DNA of 64,000 bases, taken from assembly GCA_021820485.1 (NCBI GenBank), contig JAKADO010000006.1:1926-65925 (forward strand). Direction: 5' to 3'. The DNA is from Bacillota bacterium (GTDB lineage: Bacteria; Bacillota; Sulfobacillia; Sulfobacillales; Sulfobacillaceae). Positions 9,772 through 19,101 of the stretch are shown here, piece by piece. Positions within the stretch are counted from its first letter, which is position 1, and each line of letters begins with the position of its first letter. The notes beneath the pieces were generated by a model. The model was given only the letters and a program-made list of their open reading frames with translations. It was not told the DNA's origin and made no database searches. The position numbers and the translations under genes are program-made.

Positions 9772-10131
9772 ATGTTGCTCCCGTTGCTCATCGTCGCCGT
9801 TTCGATGGTCTTGGCCCACGAAACGGGCCACGTGCTGATTACCCGATTTCTTGGCGGCCGATGGCTGGGCATCGAATTTCGCGGCTACATGCTGGGAGTG
9901 CGCCTCTCTGTCAAATCCCTGTCCCTACGGCAGATTGCCTGGACGCTCATCGCCGGCCCCCTGGCCGAAGGGATTGTCGTGGCGATCGCGAACCTCATTT
10001 GGACCGCCGATACGCGCTGGTTCCTGCTTCTCTTAGGATTGCAATGGATGTTGAATGTGATTCCCTGGGGCCTCTTCCCCAACGATGGCACCCGCCTATG
10101 GCGCATCTGGCGCGATCGCGCCATCTCCTAA
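9772..10131 (+). CDS. Minimal site-2 protease (peptidase M50 family)
   Basis: HETGH (HExxH), AGP, and NVIP...NDG (NxxP..DG) motifs; hydrophobic; about 119 aa. Confidence 0.8.
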   Translation: MLLPLLIVAVSMVLAHETGHVLITRFLGGRWLGIEFRGYMLGVRLSVKSLSLRQIAWTLIAGPLAEGIVVAIANLIWTADTRWFLLLLGLQWMLNVIPWGLFPNDGTRLWRIWRDRAIS

Positions 10132-10134
10132 CCG

Positions 10135-10482
10135 CTAAGACCACGACAAACTCTCGCCCACGGGGAGTTCAGACTCCGGCACCGCAGTCGGCAATTCCAG
10201 AACGAATCGCGCTTTGGCGATTATGGGTCCAATCCTCCATGGCTTCAACAACGCCACGGATACTATCTGTCGTTGACTATCGAGATAGACCAACCGAATC
10301 GGATACCGCATGAAGAACCCGTGGACAGCGTTTGTCCGCGGGAACAGCATCCCGCACCCCTGAGGCAGTTCGCGTGTGCCCATGAGCCCCCGAAATCGAC
10401 GCCAGGGATTATCGGCCACCGTAATGCGATCTCCCAAGATTGCCCCACTATGGCTTTTGACGGTGATGTACAGCCTCCTCAC
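10135..10482 (-). CDS. DUF192-family protein
   Basis: RRFRGLMG, GMLF, VHGFFMRYPIRLVYLD and VLELP pattern recognised as DUF192; last gene of the tad run. Confidence 0.75.
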   Translation of the reverse strand: MRRLYITVKSHSGAILGDRITVADNPWRRFRGLMGTRELPQGCGMLFPRTNAVHGFFMRYPIRLVYLDSQRQIVSVALLKPWRIGPIIAKARFVLELPTAVPESELPVGESLSWS

Positions 10483-10489
10483 CCCATTT

Positions 10490-11416
10490 CTATAAATGAA
10501 ATAATTTCATCACCGAGATGACAGCCGGCCCCAGGATGATGACAAACATGGCCGGGAAAATAAACGACACCATTGGAAAGATGATTTTGATGGGAATGGA
10601 GGCCGCCTTCTCACGCGCCTTGGACGCACGATATTCCTTAATGTCCTTGGCTTGTATCTTCAAGGCGGCGCTGATGCTGCTGCCGGTGCGGTCGGACTGC
10701 GCCACCAGGGCAGCGAAGCGTTTCAAGGGTTGCGACTCGGTCCGTTTGGCAAGGGACGCCAAGGCCTCCGCACGCGGTATGCCCAATTGCATGTCGGCCA
10801 ACACGCGGTGGAACTCATCGCGCACGGGCCCATCCACATTGGCAACCACTTGGCGGAGCGCACCATCAAAAGCGAGCCCGGCCTCAACGCTCACGCTCAA
10901 CAGGTCAAACACTTCGGGAAGGCTTTTATCAATCTCCGCCAAACTCTGCTGAACTTTAGTGTTGAGATGAATGCCGGGGTAGACAAACACCAGGAGGGCA
11001 ACCACAATCGGGGCCAAGAGGCGCTCTTCACGGGTCACCCCCGGCAGGAGCCAGGCGCCTACTCCCACCACCAAGAGCGCCGCCACTGCTGAGGCGATCC
11101 GTGTCAAAAAATACACTTCGGCTGTCTGGCGAACCCCTGCCAGCCGCAGCTTCTGGTCCATGTCACGATGAAAGTTGGCTGGCGTAATGCGACGCGCCAG
11201 GTTGGTCCGAAAAGCGCTGAGCTTGGGAATTATCACGCGTTGAACATACGGAGCGGCCAACTCGTCCGTCGCATCCTCGCTATCCAGAGGCATGTAGCCA
11301 GAAAGTCGCATGCTCATCACCTGCTGCCATCGAGCCGTGCGTCGTTCCATCGCCCAACGCTGCAATCCCACGAGCGCAATCGCCACCAGTCCCGCGGAAA
11401 GATAAATGACCTCCAT
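10490..11416 (-). CDS. tadC: Tad pilus inner-membrane platform protein TadC (T2SS F domain)
   Basis: LPEVFDLLSVSVEAGLAFDGAL, EKAASIPIKIIFP; start moved to ATG 11416 after GGGAGG. Confidence 0.88.
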   Translation of the reverse strand: MEVIYLSAGLVAIALVGLQRWAMERRTARWQQVMSMRLSGYMPLDSEDATDELAAPYVQRVIIPKLSAFRTNLARRITPANFHRDMDQKLRLAGVRQTAEVYFLTRIASAVAALLVVGVGAWLLPGVTREERLLAPIVVALLVFVYPGIHLNTKVQQSLAEIDKSLPEVFDLLSVSVEAGLAFDGALRQVVANVDGPVRDEFHRVLADMQLGIPRAEALASLAKRTESQPLKRFAALVAQSDRTGSSISAALKIQAKDIKEYRASKAREKAASIPIKIIFPMVSFIFPAMFVIILGPAVISVMKLFHL

Positions 11417-11445
11417 CCATGTCCTCCCTTCGTTTCCCGCTAGTG

Positions 11446-12363
11446 TTACATTTCCGGCCCTTGCACGATGCGATGGATGGCAACCCCGCCAATGCTGACC
11501 GAGACCACCGCTCCTCCCAACATCGCCCACCCGGTATGCGTGTCCAGCAACTGCCCCATGTAGCCAGGATCCGTGAACCAAATCAAGAGACCCAGAGCGA
11601 AGGGTAGAAAGGTTAAAAGCCACCCGCTGTATCGGCCTTGGGCAGACAGCACGCGAATCTCCGCCTTAAGCCGTTGGCGCTCAACAATCGTGTGGGTAAT
11701 GTTTTCCAGAACGTCCGCCAAGCTTCCGCCCACTTCCCGCTGGATGGTAATGGCCATGATCGCCAGCCCGAGATCGCGCGAAGGGACTCGCTTGGCTAGT
11801 TCCTGCAATGTCTCAGTCGTGCCGAATCCCAGGGCCTCGCGCTTGAGGATGCGCCGCACCTCATCCCCCAACGGTCCTGAGATTTCCGCACTCACCATCG
11901 CCATGGCCTGAGACAGGGAGGATCCCGCACGAAGCGCGCTTGTCACGCCGCGCAGGAATTCGGGCAGCGCCTCTTCCGCGGTTCTGAGCCAACGCTGCTG
12001 CTTCATACGAAAATACACGGTAAGCCCCACCAAGCCCATCACGCCCAGGATGAGCCCCCCCACCAGTCCGCGCAGCACCACGCCAACCAAGAAGGGAATG
12101 AAAAAGCTGGCGATCCGAAAGAGAATATACTCGCTGACGCGAAGGCGCAAAGCGGCGGCGCCGGGCCCCATGCTCCAGCGTTCCTTCAGCGTCGGTTGCT
12201 GACTGGAGGAGCGGCCGCTCGGCTCCTTGTCCGCCACCCAGACGTCCCGGCCAATGGCTGCCATGCGCCGCTTGACGGTGTGTCCATTCCAGGCTTGGCG
12301 CAACGACAACGCCAACAACAGGAGAGCCACTGGCCACAAGACGGCGAGAACGGGTCCCAGCAT
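11446..12363 (-). CDS. tadB: Tad pilus platform protein TadB (T2SS F domain)
   Basis: SALRAGSSL, IQREVGGSLADVL, AQGRYSGW; start moved to ATG 12363. Confidence 0.88.
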   Translation of the reverse strand: MLGPVLAVLWPVALLLLALSLRQAWNGHTVKRRMAAIGRDVWVADKEPSGRSSSQQPTLKERWSMGPGAAALRLRVSEYILFRIASFFIPFLVGVVLRGLVGGLILGVMGLVGLTVYFRMKQQRWLRTAEEALPEFLRGVTSALRAGSSLSQAMAMVSAEISGPLGDEVRRILKREALGFGTTETLQELAKRVPSRDLGLAIMAITIQREVGGSLADVLENITHTIVERQRLKAEIRVLSAQGRYSGWLLTFLPFALGLLIWFTDPGYMGQLLDTHTGWAMLGGAVVSVSIGGVAIHRIVQGPEM

Positions 12364-12367
12364 CACG

Positions 12368-13726
12368 TTACCCTCCCGTGGCAAACAACGAGCCGGGCAA
12401 GTCAATTCCGTGCGCTTGCAGGCGTTCGGAATTTCGGGGCCGAATCCCATATCCCTGAAAACGGCCCGCTACATGCCCTTCACTATCGACGCCGGTTTGC
12501 TCAAAGCCAAACAAGTCTTGCGTGGTCACGGTGCCACTCTCCATGCCAACCACCTCGGTGATCCGCACGATGCGCCGCGACCCATCCAGGAGACGGGCCT
12601 GCTGCACAATAATGTCAATGGCGGAGGCAATCTGCGAGCGGATGGCGGCAAGCGGCAACTCAACCCCAGCCATCAGCACCATCGTCTCGATACGGCTGAG
12701 ACAATCGCGCGGGGTATTGGCGTGCACGGTGGTGAGGCTGCCTTCATGGCCAGTGTTCATGGCCTGCAGCATGTCAAGCGCCTCACCTCCGCGCACCTCA
12801 CCCACAATGATGCGATCCGGCCGCATACGGAGCGCATTGCGCACCAAGTCGCGCATGGGAATGCCGCCACGGCCCTCAATGTTGGGTGGCCGCGTCTCGA
12901 GGGTCACCTTGTGCTCCTGCTGCAGTTGCAATTCGGCGGCGTCCTCGATGGTGATGATGCGTTCGCTCGAGGGCACAAACGCCGACAACGCGTTCAGGGT
13001 CGTCGTCTTTCCGGAACCAGTGCCGCCCGACACGACAATATTGAGCTTGCCCTGCACCGCTGCCTCAAGAAATTCAGCCATCGGCCCGGACAGGGTGCCC
13101 ATCTGCACCAACTGTGACAAGACAAAGGGATCTTTGGAAAACTTCCGAATCGTGACCGCATCGCCATTGACGGACAAGGGGCGCAAAACCGCGTTGAGAC
13201 GGGAGCCGTCCGGCAGTCGGGCATCCACCATGGGACTCGACTCATCCACACGGCGGCCCGAATAAGCCAGCATCTTTTCCAAGATGGCTCGAAGGTGCCG
13301 TTCGTCTCGGAATGACGCCCCCGTTCGGATTAGTTGGCCTTTTCGCTCAACATAAATGCGATCGAACCCATTGATCATGATTTCGGATATATCCGCATCA
13401 TCCAGAAGCGGTTGAATCGGACCATAGCCGATAATCTCATCGACCAGACTCTGTGCCAGTGTGTCCTTTTCCATGGGAGACACGCTGCTCATGGAATCCA
13501 CGATGAGAAGTATGTGGTCCATCAACTCCTGACGGCGAAAGGTTTCCGGATTGGTGATTTCGGCCAAGAGGGCGTTTTGCACCGTGGTCTTCATTTCCAA
13601 AAACCGTTGGCTCAAATACTCCGGAGTGGGCGGAGGCGCGACGGACACCGGAACCGGCGCCGGCTTCGCGACCGGTGCCGGATCAGCCTTGATGCGCCCA
13701 CCATGCATGCGTTCCTTCAGAGACAA
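12368..13726 (-). CDS. cpaF: Tad pilus assembly ATPase CpaF/TadA
   Basis: Walker A GGTGSGKTT, ITIEDAAEL, ALRMRPDRIIVGEVRG, MNTGHEGS..TVHAN. Confidence 0.95.
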   Translation of the reverse strand: MSLKERMHGGRIKADPAPVAKPAPVPVSVAPPPTPEYLSQRFLEMKTTVQNALLAEITNPETFRRQELMDHILLIVDSMSSVSPMEKDTLAQSLVDEIIGYGPIQPLLDDADISEIMINGFDRIYVERKGQLIRTGASFRDERHLRAILEKMLAYSGRRVDESSPMVDARLPDGSRLNAVLRPLSVNGDAVTIRKFSKDPFVLSQLVQMGTLSGPMAEFLEAAVQGKLNIVVSGGTGSGKTTTLNALSAFVPSSERIITIEDAAELQLQQEHKVTLETRPPNIEGRGGIPMRDLVRNALRMRPDRIIVGEVRGGEALDMLQAMNTGHEGSLTTVHANTPRDCLSRIETMVLMAGVELPLAAIRSQIASAIDIIVQQARLLDGSRRIVRITEVVGMESGTVTTQDLFGFEQTGVDSEGHVAGRFQGYGIRPRNSERLQAHGIDLPGSLFATGG

Positions 13727-13747
13727 CTCCCCACCCCCTTCCTTTCT

Positions 13748-14902
13748 CTAGAGTCCCGCATGGAGCGAGCGACTGACCAACCAACGGCGCGTTCGGCGAC
13801 GAGAGCCCTCGCGCTCCGAGACGATGTCCCGGGCCAGTGCAATAAGGGCCTTGGCCAACGGGTTTTTCGGCTCCGCTAACACCAGCGGACGCCCCCGATT
13901 TGCGGCCCGCACCGGAGCACTTCCTCCACTAGGCAAGACATGGCGGATTTCGCGATGCAGCATCTGGGACACCTCGGGCAGATCCAGTCCCGTGTCGGAG
14001 TCAGCGCGATTCAGAACAACCGCCAGTTTCTCGTCATAGAACCGCGCGAGCACATCCAACGAGCGCCCGATGGTGCCCAACGTCACCCGTTCCGGCGCCG
14101 CCAACACCAAAATGCGAGACGATGCGTCCATCGCGGTCAAATTAAGGTCTGTGAGGCCGGTGGGCAAATCCAGCACCACATAGGCGTGCACGCTCTTTAT
14201 CAGGTTCAGCAAGGATTCCAAGGCTGGCGCGCTGACGTCGTCCGTTTCCTGGGGGTTCAGCGGCGCTGGAACAATCGTCAATCCGATGCCTTTCACAGCA
14301 TACAGCGATTGCAACGCCTTTTCGTCGGACATGCCATGAGCGAGCCCGTGCATCACATCCACGACGGTCGCCCCCGGCTTGTCCTGAATCATGGCGCCAA
14401 TGTCGCCCAAAGGGTCGCAATCCACCAGCGCGACGGGAAGGTCGGATTGCAATGCCAACGCCCAAGCCAGATTCAATGCGACCGTGGACTTTCCCACTCC
14501 GCCTTTGGCAGAGTAGACGCTTATAACCTGCGCCTCGGTCGGCATGGCTTGGGGAGTGCGCAAGCTCTGCAAGACATCGGGCAGTTCGGCGGCAAGTTGA
14601 ACCTCATCAACGATGTTGTGCGCCTCAAGCGCCAGCGCGCGACGAGCCGTGTCGGCATCCGCCAATCGGCCGACCAGGATTTTTTTGCAAGGAAGCTCAG
14701 AGATACTCGCGATCAGACTCGGATTCGCTGCCAAGAGGCTGTCATCCACAATCAGGACCTCTTCTTGGGAGCTATAACGAAAACTCAAGGCTTCGCGAAG
14801 ATTATTGGTTCGCAGTTCGATGGAAATGTCGGGATCCCCGGCCAAAACTGTCGAGGTCGCACCCATGATTCCGGGCATCGCCAACACATGTACGGTCAGC
14901 AT
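13748..14902 (-). CDS. cpaE: CpaE/TadZ pilus localisation ATPase (degenerate receiver + MinD-like)
   Basis: Deviant Walker A SAKGGVGKST, VALVDCD; N-terminal receiver-like region. Confidence 0.85.
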   Translation of the reverse strand: MLTVHVLAMPGIMGATSTVLAGDPDISIELRTNNLREALSFRYSSQEEVLIVDDSLLAANPSLIASISELPCKKILVGRLADADTARRALALEAHNIVDEVQLAAELPDVLQSLRTPQAMPTEAQVISVYSAKGGVGKSTVALNLAWALALQSDLPVALVDCDPLGDIGAMIQDKPGATVVDVMHGLAHGMSDEKALQSLYAVKGIGLTIVPAPLNPQETDDVSAPALESLLNLIKSVHAYVVLDLPTGLTDLNLTAMDASSRILVLAAPERVTLGTIGRSLDVLARFYDEKLAVVLNRADSDTGLDLPEVSQMLHREIRHVLPSGGSAPVRAANRGRPLVLAEPKNPLAKALIALARDIVSEREGSRRRTRRWLVSRSLHAGL

Positions 14903-14914
14903 TTATTCGACCTC

Positions 14915-15655
14915 CTAAGGAACCGGTTTTTGCCAATTGAGAGTGCCAAACGGAGTTGGCGGCACCGTGGTCGCGTTCGGAGCGTCCAAAACAGCCTCAA
15001 TCGGTCCCTTTTGCTGCGTAAACAGCAATCGCGCAATTTGCTGGGGCGGAAGCGCCAGAATAAGCGTCAAATTTTGCCCGGTTGTGGGCGTCGTGGCGGG
15101 AACGAAGCTGCCGTTCACGGCCAGCACTTTCACGTTGTTGAGAAAGTCCTCGGTGACCTGCTGGTTGTTTGCCTCTGTAATGGTGGTAAAGAGACTGACA
15201 TTATCGCCAGGTTCCACCAGTCCATCGACGACATCGGACGCATTGAGCGGCACATCCACCGCCATGTCGCCGGGCTGAATGCGGGAAGCCAGCACATTGG
15301 CCGACTTTGGCGAAAAAACCGCCGAATCCACAATCGGCACACCGGGTTGGATCGCTTCATTGCTCCATTGGCCAACCACTTGGCTGACCGAGGTCATCGC
15401 CCCGGGCGGAACATCAGCTGCCGGCAGGCGTTCGAGAGAGACCTCCGCGGCGGAAATCGTCCCATAGGCAGGAATCGCGGAGCGCGCCACCACCACGGTG
15501 GCTTCCGCCACCGGCGTTGAGGGTGAGGAGCTCGCTTGAAGGATTTGGTCAAGATAGCGGGTGGACAAATAGACCGCCGCGCCCAGCGCAATGAGGCTCA
15601 CAATGAGCCAACGGTTGACGCGAAAAAAAGAGCCCACGCGCTCCCTCATGACCAT
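14915..15655 (-). CDS. cpaB: Flp pilus assembly protein CpaB/RcpC (SAF domain)
   Basis: N-terminal TM, VVVARSAIPAYGTI SAF domain, VEPGDNV, NVKVLAV. Confidence 0.85.
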   Translation of the reverse strand: MVMRERVGSFFRVNRWLIVSLIALGAAVYLSTRYLDQILQASSSPSTPVAEATVVVARSAIPAYGTISAAEVSLERLPAADVPPGAMTSVSQVVGQWSNEAIQPGVPIVDSAVFSPKSANVLASRIQPGDMAVDVPLNASDVVDGLVEPGDNVSLFTTITEANNQQVTEDFLNNVKVLAVNGSFVPATTPTTGQNLTLILALPPQQIARLLFTQQKGPIEAVLDAPNATTVPPTPFGTLNWQKPVP

Positions 15656-15686
15656 CCGCCAATTCCTCCTACCTCACCGGGTACCG

Positions 15687-15717
15687 AGGCGCACGCCAAA
15701 ACTTCTCGCGTGCGCCT
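15687..15717 (-). terminator. Hairpin between flp and cpaB (terminator or stabiliser of pilin mRNA)
   Basis: AGGCGCACGC-N11-GCGTGCGCCT, perfect 10-bp stem 18 nt after the flp stop. Confidence 0.55.
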
Positions 15718-15735
15718 TCATCCGGATGTCTTCAT

Positions 15736-15924
15736 TTAGCCCCCCACAGCGTTCGCCACATTGTTGAGCGTGTTGGATACGTGGCCGCCCAATGTGGTCA
15801 ACACTACAATCACCACCACCGCAACCAGGGCTAGAATAAGTGCGTATTCGACGAGAGCTTGTCCTTCATTGTCGCGGTAGATCCGGCTCAAAAGCCGGCC
15901 TAACATCATCATTGGATTCATCAT
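15736..15924 (-). CDS. flp: Flp (type IVc) major pilin
   Basis: 62 aa; prepilin cleavage motif EG|QALVEY followed by a hydrophobic helix. Confidence 0.93.
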   Translation of the reverse strand: MMNPMMMLGRLLSRIYRDNEGQALVEYALILALVAVVVIVVLTTLGGHVSNTLNNVANAVGG

Positions 15925-16095
15925 TGTCCCCCCTTCTCAATCCTGTATTGGGGATCCGAATTCGAGCCCCCCCCAGGGTTTCCCTTTTTTTCGACCCGTG
16001 TTTTTTTGGATCCCGAAATTCTGACAGGGAAAAGCATCGGATCCTGGCGGGAACCGAACCGGATTGGGAAGTTCATGGGCGTCCCTGAAGACGTC

Positions 16096-17208
16096 CTAGA
16101 AGTTGGGGATCAGGCGATAGCTGAAGGTGGGGGAATAGCTGGAAGAGCCGCTGCCTACACCCTCTAACGAAGCCAGGGTTGTCGCTGCGTGGACATTGGT
16201 AATCTGAATGACGAATCCGGCGTTGGTGCCTTGTTCGCCGTTGCTGGCCAAAACCTTGGCGGTGACAAATCCCACCATTTGGACGCTTCCGGATCCGTTG
16301 TGGACACTGTCGCCCACCGGGAGGATGACAGTTTCTCCCACGGGCAGTGAGGAAAGGGTGTTCCACTCGGCCGATCCCGTCTGGCCTTGGACGCTGCTGC
16401 CGATATCGACATAGGTCCCTGCGGAGTTCAAGGCCAGAGCCCCATCATTGCCAGCACCGAAGAGATTGTGGTACGAGACCGCGATGGCCCCGGTGGGCGT
16501 GCCCGGCGGAAACGAGCAGTCCTCCTTGCCGCTGGAGTTGCCGCGGTATAGGTAATACGTCTGGCCGGGCGCAATATACTGCTCCCAGGTATTGCTGGGA
16601 ATCGGCAAGGACGCGCTGGGGTCATCGCCCGATGCGGGTATCGCCAGCGGCAAAAGCGCCGACGTTGGTACCCCATTCTGCAGGCCAACCATGGCGGTCG
16701 ACTGCGCCGTGACCGTGGACTTGGGCACTCCAAGCATCACCGCGAAATCCATTGGAGCCGTACCCTGCGCCACCGCTTGGACCACCACCATGCCTTGATA
16801 TGGGCTCCACTTCTGATATTGCGGCGAACTGGGGGAATACCCTGACAAATACTGTGTCGTCACGGGCTGGAACGTAAAAGTGGGGTTCTGGTCAAAGTTT
16901 GAACCACGCAAGGCAGACTTGATGTTGCTCTGGTAGACCGCATCACCGGCTGCGATGGCGTCCGCTGTGTCCAGCGTCGTAATGGACGGGGGTTGGGTGG
17001 GATTGGCGGCGACCTCCAGATTCAATTCATGGGTCAGCGTTTGCGCCGCGGCAAGGACCGCGGCCGATACGGCAGCGCTCGCCTGATTGCGCATGACATA
17101 CACCCGACCCACGTCGACGGTCAACGCCGCCGCCCCGACAATGAGCGCCGAGAAGAGGACGGTGATCGGCAAAGCTTGTCCCCTTCGGTCACCTACAGGC
17201 ACTCGCAC
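16096..17208 (-). CDS. tadG: TadG-like pseudopilin with a large extracellular domain
   Basis: RRG|QALPITVL...LTVDVGR...AAVLAAAQ Tad N-terminus; start moved to GTG 17208 after GGAAGGAGG. Confidence 0.75.
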   Translation of the reverse strand: MRVPVGDRRGQALPITVLFSALIVGAAALTVDVGRVYVMRNQASAAVSAAVLAAAQTLTHELNLEVAANPTQPPSITTLDTADAIAAGDAVYQSNIKSALRGSNFDQNPTFTFQPVTTQYLSGYSPSSPQYQKWSPYQGMVVVQAVAQGTAPMDFAVMLGVPKSTVTAQSTAMVGLQNGVPTSALLPLAIPASGDDPSASLPIPSNTWEQYIAPGQTYYLYRGNSSGKEDCSFPPGTPTGAIAVSYHNLFGAGNDGALALNSAGTYVDIGSSVQGQTGSAEWNTLSSLPVGETVILPVGDSVHNGSGSVQMVGFVTAKVLASNGEQGTNAGFVIQITNVHAATTLASLEGVGSGSSSYSPTFSYRLIPNF

Positions 17209-17299
17209 CGGACACCCCCTCCTTCCTGGCACCGCTTTACTGTATTGTGGATACTAAATTATCCAGAGAAAAATTGGAAATTTCAAGCCCCTTTTTCTT

Positions 17300-17827
17300 T
17301 CAGGATGTCGGTCCATAGTAAATGGCCGGCGACGAGGCAGTGGCTCCCGAGAATGAACTGTCGAGGGGATCCTCCTGCGCCATGGTGTATTGCTGTTGAA
17401 TCTCAATCGCTTGGGTTCCAAAAAACGGAATGAGGATGGGATAACGGTAGGCCACATCGACGATGACTGCTGGGGTGGAGCCTGCCGTCGTGGCGTAGCC
17501 CGCCCATACCAATCGATAATTGGTGGAGGCATAGGGGCTGGGAGGCGAATACGAATCGCTGGTGGTCGCCGATGCAGAGAGGCCAATTCCAGAAATCTGC
17601 TGGTCAATGGCCTGTCCCACTTGGGCCGCTGACTCACCAAGGCTCGCCGCTCTCACCCCGATCTTGGCGGCTTGCTCGACCGTGATGAATCCGTAAAACA
17701 GGAGCCCGAACTGCACGATGGCATAGAGGAACAGCAGCAAAAGCGGGGCCACCAAGGCAAACTCGACCATGGCTTGCCCGTCTTTGCCAAAAAGTCGCGA
17801 CCATCCTGTGCGCTGTGGATTCGACAT
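17300..17827 (-). CDS. tadE: TadE-like minor pilin
   Basis: KDG|QAMVEFALVAPLLLL...AAKIGVRAAS and C-terminal VDVAYRYPILIP. Confidence 0.85.
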   Translation of the reverse strand: MSNPQRTGWSRLFGKDGQAMVEFALVAPLLLLFLYAIVQFGLLFYGFITVEQAAKIGVRAASLGESAAQVGQAIDQQISGIGLSASATTSDSYSPPSPYASTNYRLVWAGYATTAGSTPAVIVDVAYRYPILIPFFGTQAIEIQQQYTMAQEDPLDSSFSGATASSPAIYYGPTS

Positions 17828-17928
17828 GGGCGTTCCCCATCCTCTATAGTGAACAGTACCGAAATTAATTGCACTCTACACGCTGGATGGCCGCCTTGTA
17901 AAGAAATTAGTACCATGGAGGGGATTCG

Positions 17929-19101
17929 ATGTTCTCCGTATATGTGGCCGCCGCCAATCCCTTGAGGGGCGAACTGGAGCGTTTCCTGAAAGATCATCCT
18001 GAAACGGCGCTGCCTCTGGGATCATCGGAAGACCTCCGCGAGGCTCTGAGCGACTGCGCCCGCGACGTGCCTGGCGTATTGGTTCTTGAGGACCGGCTGC
18101 TAGCGGCCGAACCTGACTTGCTTGAGGCGACCGCTGAAGCCTCCTATCCCGTGGTGCTGATTGCCAACCCAGGAGACTCCATGGCCACGCGGCGCGCCCT
18201 AGCCATTCGCGCCAAGGACTTCATCCCTCTGGAACGTTGGGCCGTCGAATTGCTGCCAACGCTGGACCGCGTGGCCCTGCCGCTCTACCGTAGGGACAAG
18301 AAACAGGGGCGTGTGATCACCGTGTTCTCTTCCAAAGGCGGGGTGGGAAAGACCACTCTGAGTGTGAATTTGGGAGTGTCCTTGGCGCAAAAGATCCATG
18401 AACCCGTCGTCATCGTAGACCTCGATCTAGCCTTTGGCGATGTATCGTCCATGATGGGTCTCTCGCCGGACCTCACCATTCATGACGTCGACGTTCAAAG
18501 CCTTAGCCAGGGCCTCGACCAAGCCCTCATCGAATGCGAGCCCAATGTCACCGTGCTGCCGGCACCCTTGACGCCGGACCAAGCGGAAGACATCGACAGC
18601 CGAATGCTCCTCAAGATTTTGCAGGCGTTGAAAGAAGACTATGCGTATGTCATCCTCGATCTGGCCCCCGGCTATGCCGAGGTGAACGTCAGCGCGCTGG
18701 ATCTGTCTGACCTGATACTGACCGTATGCACTCCCGATGTGGTGACATTGCGCACGGTTGGCCAAGCTTTGTCGCTCTTCCGCGATGAATTCCGCTATCC
18801 CCAGGACAAAGTGCGCGTCGTCCTCAACCGAACGGGGTCGCGCACCGGCATCGAGCGCGCGGACATTGCCGCCATTCTTAAGAGCCCAAACCTTTACGAG
18901 CTGCCCAGTGCCGGTCCCATGCCGGTCCGCGCCGCCAACGACGGCGTTCCCTTCGTCACGCGGGAACCGCGCGCGCCGCTCTCGATCGCTGTAGCGGCCA
19001 TTGCCGATGACATTTTGCGTGAGGAGGGAACCCGCGGCAACCGCAATGCCCGGCGTCCGTCCAAACGTGGGCTTCTGACGCGGTCCCGGCGAGGCAATTA
19101 G
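17929..19101 (+). CDS. Second CpaE/TadZ-like ATPase, divergently transcribed
   Basis: SSKGGVGKTT, VDLDLAFGD and VRAANDGVP; collinear with 13748..14902. Confidence 0.82.
   Translation: MFSVYVAAANPLRGELERFLKDHPETALPLGSSEDLREALSDCARDVPGVLVLEDRLLAAEPDLLEATAEASYPVVLIANPGDSMATRRALAIRAKDFIPLERWAVELLPTLDRVALPLYRRDKKQGRVITVFSSKGGVGKTTLSVNLGVSLAQKIHEPVVIVDLDLAFGDVSSMMGLSPDLTIHDVDVQSLSQGLDQALIECEPNVTVLPAPLTPDQAEDIDSRMLLKILQALKEDYAYVILDLAPGYAEVNVSALDLSDLILTVCTPDVVTLRTVGQALSLFRDEFRYPQDKVRVVLNRTGSRTGIERADIAAILKSPNLYELPSAGPMPVRAANDGVPFVTREPRAPLSIAVAAIADDILREEGTRGNRNARRPSKRGLLTRSRRGN

Noticed and set aside
13940-15520. Long plus-strand ORF (526 aa), and similar antisense ORFs such as 27293..29044, 41100..42317, 29759..30760 and 60684..61664
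   Set aside because: They lie antisense to clearly identified genes and have no motifs or RBS; these are shadow ORFs expected from high-GC codon bias
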